A program made the position numbers and the translations under genes. Below the pieces are notes generated by a model, which worked only from the letters and a program-made list of their open reading frames with translations, was not told where the DNA came from and made no database searches. This document shows positions 29,031-40,324 of a DNA stretch of 64,000 nt, piece by piece; positions within the stretch are counted from its first letter, which is position 1; the number at the start of each line of letters is the position of its first letter. Origin of the DNA: Muribaculum sp. (GTDB taxonomy: Bacteria > Bacteroidota > Bacteroidia > Bacteroidales > Muribaculaceae); contig VSOZ01000012.1 in NCBI GenBank assembly GCA_009775095.1, positions 19,801 through 83,800 on the forward strand. The letters run 5' to 3'.

Positions 29031-30134
29031 ATGGCACTTCAATGCGGCATAGTAGGCTTGCCCAATGTCGGCAAGTCGACACTATTCAACTGTCTCTCCA
29101 ATGCAAAGGCTCAATCGGCCAACTTCCCGTTCTGCACAATTGAGCCGAATGTCGGCGTCATAACGGTGCCCGATGACAGATTGACAAAACTGGTTGAGAT
29201 GTGTCAGCCCAAAAGTGTGGTACCCGCTACGGTAGAGATCGTAGACATAGCCGGCCTTGTAAAAGGCGCAAGCAAAGGAGAAGGACTCGGCAACAAATTT
29301 CTCGCCAACATACGCGAGACAGATGCCATAATACACGTGCTGCGCTGTTTTGACGACGACAACATAACGCATGTAGACGGGAGCGTGGATCCTGTGCGTG
29401 ACAAAGAGATAATAGACTACGAACTGCAGCTCAAGGATCTTGAGACCGTGGAGGCACGTATAGCCAAAACACAGAAACAGGCACAGACCGGCGGCGATAA
29501 GACGGCCAAAATGCAATACGAAGTACTGTGCCGCTTCAAAGAAGCTCTCGATCAAGGCAAGCCCGCGCGCTCGGTAACATTTGACGGAGTGGACGAACAG
29601 CGCTTTGCCCGTGAACTGTTTTTGCTCACCAACAAACCTGTGCTCTACGTATGCAACGTAGACGATGCGTCGGCCGCAACAGGCAACAGCTATGTGGAAG
29701 CGGTAAAAGAGGCTATAAAAGATGAAAACGCGCAACTACTTATAGTAGCCGCGCAGACAGAAGCCGACATAGCAGAACTCGACACATGGGAAGAGCGTCA
29801 GGAATTTCTAAATGAAATAGGGCTTGAAGAGTCGGGTGTGAGCCGACTTATACGCTCTGCGTATGCGTTGCTAAATCTACAGACATATTTTACGGCAGGT
29901 CCTGACGAAGTAAGAGCATGGACATTCATGCGCGGCTCCAAAGCACCGCAATGTGCCAGCATCATACACACCGACTTTGAAAAAGGCTTCATACGCGCCG
30001 AAGTCATCAAATATGACGACTACGTGACACTCGGCGGAGAGAACGGAGTCAAAGAAGCCGGCAAGCTCGGTATCGAAGGCAAAGAATATGTTGTCCAAGA
30101 CGGCGACATAATGCACTTCCGATTCAACGTGTAA
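29031..30134 (+). CDS. ychF: Redox-regulated ATPase YchF
   Basis: [45 protein letters not shown]. Confidence 0.97.
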   Translation: MALQCGIVGLPNVGKSTLFNCLSNAKAQSANFPFCTIEPNVGVITVPDDRLTKLVEMCQPKSVVPATVEIVDIAGLVKGASKGEGLGNKFLANIRETDAIIHVLRCFDDDNITHVDGSVDPVRDKEIIDYELQLKDLETVEARIAKTQKQAQTGGDKTAKMQYEVLCRFKEALDQGKPARSVTFDGVDEQRFARELFLLTNKPVLYVCNVDDASAATGNSYVEAVKEAIKDENAQLLIVAAQTEADIAELDTWEERQEFLNEIGLEESGVSRLIRSAYALLNLQTYFTAGPDEVRAWTFMRGSKAPQCASIIHTDFEKGFIRAEVIKYDDYVTLGGENGVKEAGKLGIEGKEYVVQDGDIMHFRFNV

Positions 30135-30163
30135 ACTTTTTCGTAAAAGTCCGCGTTATTTAA

Positions 30164-31381
30164 ATGAATGTTTCAACGATTTTAGATATGAGCGGGAAAT
30201 TGCAGATAATTATTGCAATACTTGTCATTTATCCTCTGGGGGTGGCAGCTCAGGGGATAGATGAGGTTATTGCTGCCTTAAAGTCGGCCGATTGTTATGA
30301 AGCGACAGTCGACTATCAGGTACTTATGTCGCTTCAAGACGATGTAGCTTATAAAATCCGGTTAAATTCAATGCAGGCGGAAGGTGACACACTCGCTCCC
30401 TGCGATTATCTTATAGACTGGACTCTGGAGACTCCGTCAGGAAGCACAACAGGCTTCTCGGCCTACTTCGACGGTAATGCCTACAACTTTCGCGGCGACC
30501 GGCTGCTTGAATATCATTACGCATGGGACTCTATACCGTTCAAACCGAGAGGAATGTCAGTGGCAGCACTTCCCGGAGTACAGCGACAGGCCCAATTCAC
30601 CGGACTTCTTCCGCAGTTTATAGCCGAAGAGCTGTCCACTATAGCCAACGGCGAAGATTACCGCTACATATGCCACTCCGACACAACGGTCAACGACTCC
30701 CGATGTGTGGTGATCGACGGCGAAATGGTCATGAGCGGAGTCACATACAAAGAGTTCATGTATGCATTTGACCACGCTACAATGATGCCGGTCTACATAG
30801 AACTGGAAAACAATCCCGGCGCACTTGCCGAACAAACCATAACAGCCGCTTACAGCAAGACCGTCAAGAACTGTCAGGCAATAGAGGAAGACATACTTAA
30901 AAACGCTTACCCTGAAATTTTCGAAAAATATAGGGAAAGCAACTATGCGATAGAGAACCTGCCCGGACAGCGTCTGCCCGGTTTTGCTTTGCCTACCACA
31001 ACCCGCGAGCGATACTCAAGGCGTCTCGGCGACCCGTTTCGCTGCCCCACCCTGCTCGTACTTATTGACCCGAAGTCATCTTTTGCAGAAGCCACGGTAA
31101 GAGACATCCGTTCGGCCGTTGACGCGCTTCCATACAATGCCGACGTCATATGGGCATTTGTAAGCAATAATACAGACGAGATTGAAAGTGTCATACCCTC
31201 GGTGCGTCCGGGTGAACACTTACTGACAAGTGCCAAATCACTTGCCCGTGACTGTGGAGCCGCCGCATTTCCGGTAACCGTTATCACACGCGCCGACGGC
31301 ATTGTGGCCGACGTGGTGATCGGATACAACAATGACCTAACTCCGGTTGTTATACAAAAAGCGGCATTGGCCGTAAAATAA
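30164..31381 (+). CDS. Secreted hypothetical protein with C-terminal thioredoxin-like region
   Basis: Signal peptide; LPGFALPT...FPVTVITRADGIV resembles a redoxin fold without CxxC. Confidence 0.55.
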   Translation: MNVSTILDMSGKLQIIIAILVIYPLGVAAQGIDEVIAALKSADCYEATVDYQVLMSLQDDVAYKIRLNSMQAEGDTLAPCDYLIDWTLETPSGSTTGFSAYFDGNAYNFRGDRLLEYHYAWDSIPFKPRGMSVAALPGVQRQAQFTGLLPQFIAEELSTIANGEDYRYICHSDTTVNDSRCVVIDGEMVMSGVTYKEFMYAFDHATMMPVYIELENNPGALAEQTITAAYSKTVKNCQAIEEDILKNAYPEIFEKYRESNYAIENLPGQRLPGFALPTTTRERYSRRLGDPFRCPTLLVLIDPKSSFAEATVRDIRSAVDALPYNADVIWAFVSNNTDEIESVIPSVRPGEHLLTSAKSLARDCGAAAFPVTVITRADGIVADVVIGYNNDLTPVVIQKAALAVK

Positions 31382-31413
31382 AAAAAACAGTATAACAAAA
31401 ACTTTATGTAATT

Positions 31414-31911
31414 ATGGAAACCGTATATTTCACCGGAAACGAGTGTCACACATCAGGCAATCTTCCCGACGTAGGCACAAAAGCTCCCGACTTTAATCTT
31501 GTTGATGCCGATCTTAAAGAACTCAGCCTCGAGTCGTTTCCCGGCAAAAAGATAGTACTCAATATATTTCCAAGCCTTGATACGGCTGTATGCGCCATGA
31601 GCGTAAGAAAATTCAACGAGAAGGCAGCCGACAAAAAAGATGCCGTAGTACTATGTGTGTCGATGGACCTGCCGTTTGCAGCCAAGCGCTTCTGCACTGT
31701 TGAGAATATAGCCAACGTATATCCAGCATCGGCATTCCGTTCACCTGCGTTTGTCAAAGATTATGGCATAGAACTCGTTGACGGACCCCTGAAGGGACTG
31801 CTCGCACGTGCGGTCATAATCATAGATGAGAACCGCAATGTCATATATCGCGAACTGGTCGACGAGATAACTCACGAACCCGATTATGAGGCAGCGTTGA
31901 AAATGCTATAA
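31414..31911 (+). CDS. tpx: Thiol peroxidase
   Basis: FPSLDTAVC, SMDLPFAAKRFC, LLARAV, EPDYEAAL. Confidence 0.95.
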   Translation: METVYFTGNECHTSGNLPDVGTKAPDFNLVDADLKELSLESFPGKKIVLNIFPSLDTAVCAMSVRKFNEKAADKKDAVVLCVSMDLPFAAKRFCTVENIANVYPASAFRSPAFVKDYGIELVDGPLKGLLARAVIIIDENRNVIYRELVDEITHEPDYEAALKML

Positions 31912-31918
31912 CGGCATA

Positions 31919-32347
31919 TTAACGTTTTGTGTCTAAAAACTCATTGTAGAGGCGGATATAGTCCGCCTCTTCGTATATATCGGAAGCAAGCACCATACAC
32001 AAGGCATCGGGCGAAAAGTTATCAATAGAATGCCATATGCCTGCTACAACCAAAAGCCCTTCGGACGGCTTGCTCATATGATAAGTATGCTTATTACGCC
32101 CGTCATCCACGGTTATGTCAAAACTACCGCGTAACGGTACTATTATCTGGTCAAGACTTTTGTGGGAATGATGTCCACGCGACACCCCGGCCGGCACATC
32201 ATAAATAAAATATACACGTTTAATAACAAAACCCTCTATCGAGCCGTTTTCAATAACCGCAAGAGTGCCGGTCGAAGAATCGCCATGAGTATCAAGCGTT
32301 ATAAGGCGGCAGCCGGCGATTGAGTCATCTTCCATATCAGCATACAT
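31919..32347 (-). CDS. FdtA/QdtA-family sugar 3,4-ketoisomerase (cupin)
   Basis: KRVYFIYDVP...RGHHSHK, GSFDITVDDG, LAS..YEEADYIR; start approximate. Confidence 0.88.
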   Translation of the reverse strand: MYADMEDDSIAGCRLITLDTHGDSSTGTLAVIENGSIEGFVIKRVYFIYDVPAGVSRGHHSHKSLDQIIVPLRGSFDITVDDGRNKHTYHMSKPSEGLLVVAGIWHSIDNFSPDALCMVLASDIYEEADYIRLYNEFLDTKR

Positions 32348-33464
32348 AGGCATTGATTATTTCAGATATATCACGGGCATCATCCAAAGAGGTGCATGCA
32401 GGATTGACCGGCAGACTCACCACCTCGCGGGCAAGAGCCTCGGCAATCGGAAACCGACCTAATCCGGCAGCCCTGTAACAAGACTGCATGTGAGGAGGCA
32501 CGGGATAATGCACATCGGTCTCCACCCCATTCCGCGACATATAGTTACGGAAATGCTCTCGGTTATCAACTCGAACGACATATTGGTGCCACACATGCCC
32601 GGCTGCACCATAATCGGGAAGAATGACATGCTTGTTCACAATTTCTCCACCGTATACAGAGGCAATAGCCCTGCGTCCATTATTCAATTCATCTATGTCC
32701 TGAAGTTTTATTCTAAGCATAGCGGCCTGTATCGGGTCAAGACGGCTGTTGTAGCCACAATAAACTTTATCGTGACGGTCGTTACCGCCATAATTGCCCA
32801 AAGCTCTTACCATATCGGCCAACTTAGCATCATCGGTAGTCACTGCACCGGCATTGCCGAGCGCACCGAGATTTTTAGTAGGATAGAAACTGAACGCCGC
32901 CGCGTCGCCGAGATGTCCCGTACGCTCCGCCCCGACAAATGCGCCTATGGCCTGAGCATTGTCTTCGATGACTTTCAATCCGTGATGCTCCGCAATATCA
33001 CGTATATCCTCCATAGCACAAGGACGGCCGTAAAGATGGACCGGTATAACAGCGCGAGTGCGTGGAGTGACCGCATCGGCAATTTTATTCACATCGATAT
33101 TGTAAGTAGCCACGTCGGGATCCACCGGCACCGACACCAGCCCGGCATGTGTCACGGCAAGAAATGTTGCTATATAAGTATTGGCAGGCACAATAACCTC
33201 GTCACCGGGCGACATGACCCCGAGAGCGATGTAAGACAACAGTATGAGACGTAATGCATCAAGCCCGTTGCCCGTGCCTACCGCATATCGGCAACCGCAA
33301 AAAGCGGCAAGCTCATCCTCAAACGCCTCGACCTCACGACCGCCTATATAGCGGCCTCCGGCTATGACACGCAAACATGCGTCCTGCAGTCGGGCGGCAT
33401 ATGGAACATTGACCCGCCCAAGGTCAAGAAAAGTATATTTACGACCGCTTTTACTGCAATCCAT
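32337..33464 (-). CDS. DegT/DnrJ/EryC1 sugar aminotransferase (FdtB-like)
   Basis: [44 protein letters not shown]; start set at MDCSK. Confidence 0.9.
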   Translation of the reverse strand: MDCSKSGRKYTFLDLGRVNVPYAARLQDACLRVIAGGRYIGGREVEAFEDELAAFCGCRYAVGTGNGLDALRLILLSYIALGVMSPGDEVIVPANTYIATFLAVTHAGLVSVPVDPDVATYNIDVNKIADAVTPRTRAVIPVHLYGRPCAMEDIRDIAEHHGLKVIEDNAQAIGAFVGAERTGHLGDAAAFSFYPTKNLGALGNAGAVTTDDAKLADMVRALGNYGGNDRHDKVYCGYNSRLDPIQAAMLRIKLQDIDELNNGRRAIASVYGGEIVNKHVILPDYGAAGHVWHQYVVRVDNREHFRNYMSRNGVETDVHYPVPPHMQSCYRAAGLGRFPIAEALAREVVSLPVNPACTSLDDARDISEIINAYVC

Positions 33465-34335
33465 TTTCAGCAAGTTGCATGAGATAGGCTCCGTAAGCGT
33501 TATTGGCCATAGGAGCGGCAAGAGCAGTCAGTTGCGAAGCGGTTATGTAGCCCTTTCTGAAAGCGATTTCTTCAAGTGCGGCAACCTGAAAACCCTGACG
33601 CTTCTCTACCGACTCCACGAAAGCCGACGCTTCCTGAAGCGAGTCGACAGTACCGGTATCGAGCCAAGCGAATCCCCGTCCGAGCAACTTAACGGCCAAC
33701 GATTTGCGTTCAAGATACTCAAGATTGACAGAAGTTATCTCCAATTCACCGCGAGCCGACGGCTTCACTCCTTTAGCCACCTGCACTACATCGTTGGGAT
33801 AAAAATATAATCCTACGACCGCGTAATCAGACACGGGAAACTCCGGTTTTTCCTGAATATCCACCGCATTGCCATCGTTGTCAAAAGCCACGACCCCGTA
33901 ACGCTGCGGATCTTTAACTTTGTAAGCGAAAATAACGCTCTTTTTCTGTTCTGCCGTAATGCGTGCGGCATCAAGCAACATACCTGTGAAGCCTTGCCCG
34001 TAAAATATATTGTCGCCGAGTACAAGACATACGTCATCATCACCGATAAACCGCTCTCCTATTATAAATGCCTGAGCAAGGCCTTCAGGTCGGGGTTGCT
34101 CGGCATAACTGAACTTCAGCCCCAAAGCCGCACCGTCGCCGAGCAACCGCTTGAATCCGGGAAGGTCATCGGGAGTCGAAATAATCAGTATATCACGTAT
34201 TCCGGCAAGCATCAATACCGATACCGGATAATATATCATCGGCTTGTCGTAGACAGGCAGGAGCTGCTTCGATACTCCTTTTGTAATCGGGTACAGACGC
34301 GTACCGCTTCCGCCGGCAAGAACTATTCCTTTCAT
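33451..34335 (-). CDS. rfbA: Glucose-1-phosphate thymidylyltransferase
   Basis: [18 protein letters not shown]...[22 protein letters not shown]. Confidence 0.97.
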   Translation of the reverse strand: MKGIVLAGGSGTRLYPITKGVSKQLLPVYDKPMIYYPVSVLMLAGIRDILIISTPDDLPGFKRLLGDGAALGLKFSYAEQPRPEGLAQAFIIGERFIGDDDVCLVLGDNIFYGQGFTGMLLDAARITAEQKKSVIFAYKVKDPQRYGVVAFDNDGNAVDIQEKPEFPVSDYAVVGLYFYPNDVVQVAKGVKPSARGELEITSVNLEYLERKSLAVKLLGRGFAWLDTGTVDSLQEASAFVESVEKRQGFQVAALEEIAFRKGYITASQLTALAAPMANNAYGAYLMQLAENGLQ

Positions 34336-34480
34336 TTTCGTGCTTATTCTAATTGTCGTGCAATTTACTAATTTTTTATCAAACCGACATTATACACAGC
34401 TCCGAAATGAAAGCAGCCGAAAGCAGGATTTGTACAGATTGATTAAAAACAATATCTTTGCACACAACGTTATCTGGAAA

Positions 34481-34846
34481 ATGAATATCTTTTTAAATAT
34501 AATCTGGATTGTATTCGGCGGCTTCGCAATAGCCATCGAATATATTATGTCAAGTGTAGCGATGATGTGCACCATCATCGGCATACCTTTCGGACTGCAA
34601 ACACTTAAACTTGCGGCTGTAGCGCTCGTGCCATTCGGCAGCAAAGTGCTTCCGTCGCCGACATCCAACGGATGCCTGAATGCCATCATGAATGTGATAT
34701 GGTGGTTTGTGGGCGGTATACCCATAGCGCTGACCCACTTGGGTTTCGGTCTGCTTTTCTGTATAACTATAATAGGTATACCGTTCGGAGTGCAGCACTT
34801 CAAACTTGCCCGTCTCGCATTCAATCCGTTCGGCAAGACAGTATAA
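34481..34846 (+). CDS. YccF-domain inner membrane protein
   Basis: Two repeats of NIIWIVFGG...TIIGIPFG...PFG; start set at ATG 34481. Confidence 0.9.
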   Translation: MNIFLNIIWIVFGGFAIAIEYIMSSVAMMCTIIGIPFGLQTLKLAAVALVPFGSKVLPSPTSNGCLNAIMNVIWWFVGGIPIALTHLGFGLLFCITIIGIPFGVQHFKLARLAFNPFGKTV

Positions 34847-34860
34847 ATGCACCGTATAGC

Positions 34861-35370
34861 CTAAACCGCCGAGTAGCGCAACTGATTAAGAGCCCGGAGC
34901 ACATTACATAAAATACGGCTCCAATAAACCTCAAAGTCTTCTTTTACAGCGATCAGGCCAAGAATGACAAGCTCTTCAGGCACATCCTTCACCGTTTCAA
35001 GGAAGTTGTAGAAGACCTGAAATATATCGGCGAGACCTTCTGAAATCGATGCGGCAATAGGAGTGTCGGAATACTTCATATCTTCTTCAAACACTTCAAG
35101 ATATGTATCATCGGGCCCAAGCAGATTTTCCACACCGCGACGTATGGAGTCATAATAGTCTTCCTCGAGTTTTCCGTCTATATAAGCGTCTTCGAGCACG
35201 TTGTCTATCTTAAGGTCAGAGGCTGAAATATATATGCGCGGCAACAACCTCAGCATCGAAGCGACAAAATCGTCACGTTCTGCCTCACGCGTACGTTCAA
35301 GAGCCTGACAATATTCATTGCACAACGCTATAAAGGCAAGAGCGTTGTTATTTATCGATTTCCGGTCCAT
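34861..35370 (-). CDS. Conserved Bacteroidetes protein (DUF5063-like)
   Basis: LLPRIY, DDTYLEVFEEDMKYSDTPI, ISEGLADI; recognised from memory of the family. Confidence 0.7.
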   Translation of the reverse strand: MDRKSINNNALAFIALCNEYCQALERTREAERDDFVASMLRLLPRIYISASDLKIDNVLEDAYIDGKLEEDYYDSIRRGVENLLGPDDTYLEVFEEDMKYSDTPIAASISEGLADIFQVFYNFLETVKDVPEELVILGLIAVKEDFEVYWSRILCNVLRALNQLRYSAV

Positions 35371-35950
35371 CGTTGTTTATGTACAGTTTTTTGTTTATGA
35401 TATACTCATATACCTGCGAAGGCAAGAAAAAGTTCATGTCCTTTCCCTCCAATATACCTTTCCGGACAAATGAAGACGACAGCTCGATAACAGGAGCCTC
35501 GATCATTCTTACACGAGGATCTTCGATTTCACCGAGCTCATAACCGGGGCGCGGATAAATCATAAGGCCGAATTCATCAAGTATAGCCTCACTCTCCCTC
35601 CATCCACTGAATCCGGCCCAGTTATCGCTACCAATAATCAATCGGAAAATTTTATCGGGATAACGGGCGGCAAGAGTGCGCAAAGTAGTTATTGTATAGG
35701 ACGGCCGCGGGAGCGACAGCTCAATGTCGCAACTACAGATAGCCGACGACAGACCGCATGCCATTTCAAGCATGGCAATTCTATGGCTGTCAGGGGCCAA
35801 AATCCAGTCGGACTTAAACGGGCTGCGTGGCGACAATACAAGCCAAACTCTGTCGACCGGGCCGTATTGCGCTATATAAGATGCAAGCATAAGATGGCCC
35901 GAATGAACCGGATTGAACGACCCGCTCAATACTCCTACTACCTCTTTCAC
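35348..35950 (-). CDS. nadD: Nicotinate-nucleotide adenylyltransferase
   Basis: GSFNPVHSGH, PSYTITTL, IIGSDN, LSSSFVR. Confidence 0.93.
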   Translation of the reverse strand: MKEVVGVLSGSFNPVHSGHLMLASYIAQYGPVDRVWLVLSPRSPFKSDWILAPDSHRIAMLEMACGLSSAICSCDIELSLPRPSYTITTLRTLAARYPDKIFRLIIGSDNWAGFSGWRESEAILDEFGLMIYPRPGYELGEIEDPRVRMIEAPVIELSSSFVRKGILEGKDMNFFLPSQVYEYIINKKLYINNDGPEIDK

Positions 35951-36516
35951 TTGGCCAAGAAATCGGTTATGACTTTATGTACTTGCGATACAGCCTCGGC
36001 AAGATCGTCATTTACAACAGTGACATCATAGTCCGGAGCAAAAGTCAGTTCATAAGCGGCTTTACCCACACGCTCCTCAATGACTTCCGGAGCGTCGGTG
36101 GCACGCTTCTCAAGTCTTGCCCGCAACTCATCTATCGACGGTGGCATTATAAATACGGCCAATGCTCTATCGCCATATATACGCTTTACGTTCATAGCGC
36201 CCTTGACATCGATATCAAGCACTACATTATGGCCGCTTTCAATGACACGGTCTATCTCGCTACGCAATGTACCGTAAAAACGGCCTTGATATACCTCCTC
36301 GTATTCAACGAAATCGCCTGTGTCTATTTTGCGTCGGAATTCTTCTTCGGTAAGGAAATAATAGTGCACACCATGCTCCTCACCCTCTCGTGGAGAGCGG
36401 CTCGTAGCCGATACTGAAAAGCGCATGTCTATATCTCCTTTTTCAAAGAGCGCATTTATAATAGTCGACTTACCGCAACCCGACGGAGCCGATACAATAA
36501 TAATCTTACCCGCCAT
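35947..36516 (-). CDS. gmk: Guanylate kinase
   Basis: SAPSGCGKST, SVSATSRSPREGE, YGT, LDIDVKGA. Confidence 0.96.
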   Translation of the reverse strand: MAGKIIIVSAPSGCGKSTIINALFEKGDIDMRFSVSATSRSPREGEEHGVHYYFLTEEEFRRKIDTGDFVEYEEVYQGRFYGTLRSEIDRVIESGHNVVLDIDVKGAMNVKRIYGDRALAVFIMPPSIDELRARLEKRATDAPEVIEERVGKAAYELTFAPDYDVTVVNDDLAEAVSQVHKVITDFLAK

Positions 36517-36524
36517 ATAACGAA

Positions 36525-37400
36525 TTACATTACATTAAGTACCTGTTCCTTAATCTGCTCCAGCTCGTCTTTCATCTTGACGACTATCTTCTGCATCTCA
36601 GCATGGTTTGACTTGGAGCCCAACGTATTGATTTCACGACCCATCTCCTGACTTATAAAGCCTAACTTCTTGCCTTGTCCGGAACCGCTTTCCATAGTCT
36701 CCATGAAATAGTTGAGATGTTGTGCAAGACGCTGCTTCTCCTCGTTCACATCCAGCTTCTCGATATAGAAAATCATCTCCTGCTCAAGTCTATTTTTGTC
36801 AAAAGCCACGCCATCGAGTTTGGACAAGTTATCCATGATACGGGCACGGATTTTGCTCACACGCTCCTTTTCAAACGGCTCGACCGCAGTAAGAAGCTCC
36901 CTTATATTCTCAATCTTTTTTGTAAAGAACTCGTAAAGTTTACGGCCCTCTTTCTCACGAAATTGCATGAGCGACTCTATGGCCTCACTTACAGCATTGG
37001 AGAGCACATTGGCATCCTCTTCCGAAATAGCCGCCGGAAGTTCACTCTTTACTGTCTCGGGAAATCTGAGCAACACGCTGTACCAGTCATCAGGCCAAGC
37101 AATGCCAAGCTGACGGGCCATCTCCTCTACCTGAGCCTTATATGAAGCCATAAGGGGGACATTGAGCGACACCGTAGGCTCCGCTCCTATCGACTCGGCA
37201 TAAATCTGAAAGTCGACCTTGCCACGTTCGAGACGCGCCGCTATCATATTGCGGAACGTCAATTCTTTTTCACGGAATGCCGCAGGCACACGCGATGTTA
37301 TATCAAGTTGCTTACTGTTGAGCGATTTTATCTCGACTGTTATTTTTTTATTGGGGATAGCGGCAACCGATTTGCCAAACCCTGTCATGGAAAGTATCAT
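36525..37400 (-). CDS. YicC/YloC family endoribonuclease
   Basis: SMTGFG, EIKSLN, GKKLGFISQEMGREINTLGSK; typical position before gmk. Confidence 0.93.
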   Translation of the reverse strand: MILSMTGFGKSVAAIPNKKITVEIKSLNSKQLDITSRVPAAFREKELTFRNMIAARLERGKVDFQIYAESIGAEPTVSLNVPLMASYKAQVEEMARQLGIAWPDDWYSVLLRFPETVKSELPAAISEEDANVLSNAVSEAIESLMQFREKEGRKLYEFFTKKIENIRELLTAVEPFEKERVSKIRARIMDNLSKLDGVAFDKNRLEQEMIFYIEKLDVNEEKQRLAQHLNYFMETMESGSGQGKKLGFISQEMGREINTLGSKSNHAEMQKIVVKMKDELEQIKEQVLNVM

Positions 37401-37492
37401 GGGCTGTTATTTTCTCACAAAATTAAAAAAAACTCCCGACATTAACGGAATTAAATCGTAACTTTGTAATAAATTATTCAACGATAAAGTAA

Positions 37493-38185
37493 ATGGCGGC
37501 AATTTTAAATATCGAAACATCTACCGACGTATGCTCCGTAGCGTTAACTTACGACGGCCAAGTCGTAACGCAACGGGAGGATTATCGCGGACACAACCAC
37601 GCCACACTGTTAAGCGGTTACATAAAGGACTGCATGGAAGAGGCCAAGAACAAAAACCTCAAGCTTGACGCCATAGCCGTAAGCATAGGGCCTGGTAGCT
37701 ATACGGGACTGCGCATAGGGCTTTCGGAGGCTAAAGGACTCGCCTACGCTCTCGACGTGCCTCTGATAGGTGTCGACACTCTGGCAATAATGACCGTGAC
37801 GGTGATGTTCAGCGATTTTTTTGACAGCGACGTCATGTTTGCGCCGATGCTTGATGCACGACGTATGGAAGTTTATACCGCCGTATACAATTACGCGTTG
37901 GAAACTCTGCTTGCTCCCACTCCGCTGATTCTTGACGAGAACAGCTACAGCGAGTATCTTGACCGCGGGCACGTAATATTTTTCGGTAACGGTAGCGACA
38001 AAGCAAGACCTCTTCTCGAGAAGCACAAAAACGCCAACTTCATAACGGAGATACATCCGCTGGCAGCCAATATGACGGCTCTTTCGGAACGCGCGTACAG
38101 AAATCGGGACTTTCTTGATCTCGCCTACTCGACCCCACATTATCTGAAAGAGTTTCAGGCCACCAAACCCAAATCGATTTTCTAA
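37493..38185 (+). CDS. tsaB: tRNA threonylcarbamoyladenosine biosynthesis protein TsaB
   Basis: ILNIETST, GPGSYTGLRIG, LDARRMEVY. Confidence 0.95.
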   Translation: MAAILNIETSTDVCSVALTYDGQVVTQREDYRGHNHATLLSGYIKDCMEEAKNKNLKLDAIAVSIGPGSYTGLRIGLSEAKGLAYALDVPLIGVDTLAIMTVTVMFSDFFDSDVMFAPMLDARRMEVYTAVYNYALETLLAPTPLILDENSYSEYLDRGHVIFFGNGSDKARPLLEKHKNANFITEIHPLAANMTALSERAYRNRDFLDLAYSTPHYLKEFQATKPKSIF

Positions 38186-38226
38186 CCGGTCATATCACCC
38201 AAACCGACCAATCATCATTATAGCCA

Positions 38227-39183
38227 ATGAAAATAACCGACCTCATAGCGGCTCACGGCCGCACCGGATTTTCATTTGAAGTGCTGCCCCCGCTCAAAGG
38301 GCGCGGTATAGCACAGTTGTTCCGCAACATAGATTCGCTTAAGGAATTCAATCCGTTGTATATCAACATAACCACTCACCGCAGCGAGATGGTATACAAA
38401 AACACGCCCGACGGGCTTTATCAGAAAGTAAGCGAACGAAGTCGTCCCGGCACTGTGGCGGTTGCTGCCGCCATACAGCAAAAGTACGGTATACCGGCCG
38501 TGCCTCATATAATATGCAGCGGCTTCTCCAAAATAGAGACAGAATATGCCCTCATAGACCTCAACTTTCTCGGCATAACCAACCTGCTCATTTTGCGTGG
38601 CGACAAAGCCAAACATGACAACCGGTTCATACCAAACGACAACGGATATGCCCATGCCTCGGAGTTACAGATGCAGGTCAACGAGTTTAACAAAGGCTAC
38701 TTCATCGACGGCACAAAAATGGATATCGTCACCGGAGAACAGTTTTCATACGGAGTGGCCGGCTATCCTGAGAAGCATGAGGAGGCGCCCAATCCCGACA
38801 TAGACCTGCAGTATCTCAAACATAAAGTTGATAACGGAGCCGAATATATCGTGACTCAGATGTTTTTTGACAACGAGAAATACTACAACTTTGTCGACCG
38901 ATGCCGGAATGCAGGCATAACGGTTCCGGTTATTCCGGGCCTGAAGCCGATCACGACAAAAAATCAGCTGACGCTTCTTCCAAAAGTCTTCCATGTAGAC
39001 CTGCCTATGGAGCTAGCCAAAGAGCTTATCGCCTGTGAAAACGACGCGCAGGCAAAGGAGATCGGTATCGAATGGTGCAAAGGACAGGCCGCTGACCTCA
39101 TTGCCCACAATGTGCCGAGCATACATTTCTATTCATTAAATGCCACCAAAAGCGTAGAGGCCGTAGCTCGCGCCGTTTATTGA
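38227..39183 (+). CDS. metF: Methylenetetrahydrofolate reductase
   Basis: FSFEVLPP, LRGD, VAGYPEKH, TQMFFD, HFYSLN. Confidence 0.95.
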   Translation: MKITDLIAAHGRTGFSFEVLPPLKGRGIAQLFRNIDSLKEFNPLYINITTHRSEMVYKNTPDGLYQKVSERSRPGTVAVAAAIQQKYGIPAVPHIICSGFSKIETEYALIDLNFLGITNLLILRGDKAKHDNRFIPNDNGYAHASELQMQVNEFNKGYFIDGTKMDIVTGEQFSYGVAGYPEKHEEAPNPDIDLQYLKHKVDNGAEYIVTQMFFDNEKYYNFVDRCRNAGITVPVIPGLKPITTKNQLTLLPKVFHVDLPMELAKELIACENDAQAKEIGIEWCKGQAADLIAHNVPSIHFYSLNATKSVEAVARAVY

Positions 39184-39199
39184 ATCAAACATTTTCGCC

Positions 39200-40324
39200 A
39201 TGAAATTCAGCGACATACCATCACATCAGAGTGCCAAAGAGCGTCTGCGGGCAATGATTGACAATGACCGTATACCCCACGCCATACTACTTGAGGGTCC
39301 GGCCGGAATAGGTAAATTCGCCCTTGCTCGGGCTGCGGCCCAATACATCCACTGCGAAAACCGTACCGACGGTGACAGCTGCGGTGTGTGTCCGTCATGT
39401 CTGCAACATCAATCGTTCAATCATATCGACACACATTTCGTATTTCCGATCGTAAAGAAAAAGAGCGGACAGACTACTCTATGCGATGACTATATTGACG
39501 AGTGGCGCGATTACCTGTCGCAAAATCCGTACATGGACTTTCAGAACTGGATGACAGCATTAGGCTCGCCCTCCACTCAACCGGTCATATATGTGGACGA
39601 GAGCGACGCTCTTATACGCAAACTAAGCTACACATCGCATGCGGCGCGCTACAAAGTAGCACTTATTTGGCTTCCGGAACGGCTTCATGAAAGTGCAGCA
39701 AATAAACTACTGAAACAGATTGAAGAACCGTATTCCGATACAGTATTTATACTTGTCAGCAACGATGCAAAAAAGATATTGCCTACCATATACTCACGCA
39801 CACAACGCATAGAGTTGAAGCGTCTCGCCGATGATGTAATAGCCGACAACCTTATAAAAAACTTCTCTGTAGACCCGGCCGACGCCATGGCTTTGGCACA
39901 CCTTGCCGAAGGCAATATGATAAAAGCGCACAACAGCCTGAACCTAAGTCGCGAAAATCATCTATTTCTCGACTTGTTCATGAACCTTATGCGTCAGGCT
40001 TACCAACGCCATGTAAAAGAATTAAAGGAGTGGTCAGCCGAAGTGTCCGCACTGGGACGTGAACAAGAGTTGCGCTTCATTGAATACTGCCAGCGGCTTA
40101 TCCGTGAAAATTTCATATACAACATCAATCGACCCGAACTGAACTATCTGAACAGAGAGGAAGCGGCTTTCAGCTCAAAATTCGCCCGTTTCATAAACGA
40201 GCGCAACGTCCAGAGCATAATGGCTGAGCTTGACAATGTATATACCGACATAGCCGGAAACGGCAACGGCAAAATAGTACTGTTTGATTTGGCGGTAAAA
40301 ATGATAATGTTGCTAAAGACATGA
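39200..40324 (+). CDS. holB: DNA polymerase III subunit delta-prime
   Basis: RIPHAILLEGPAGIGK, zinc motif CGVCPSC, AANKLLKQIEEP, ILPTIYSR. Confidence 0.9.
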   Translation: MKFSDIPSHQSAKERLRAMIDNDRIPHAILLEGPAGIGKFALARAAAQYIHCENRTDGDSCGVCPSCLQHQSFNHIDTHFVFPIVKKKSGQTTLCDDYIDEWRDYLSQNPYMDFQNWMTALGSPSTQPVIYVDESDALIRKLSYTSHAARYKVALIWLPERLHESAANKLLKQIEEPYSDTVFILVSNDAKKILPTIYSRTQRIELKRLADDVIADNLIKNFSVDPADAMALAHLAEGNMIKAHNSLNLSRENHLFLDLFMNLMRQAYQRHVKELKEWSAEVSALGREQELRFIEYCQRLIRENFIYNINRPELNYLNREEAAFSSKFARFINERNVQSIMAELDNVYTDIAGNGNGKIVLFDLAVKMIMLLKT

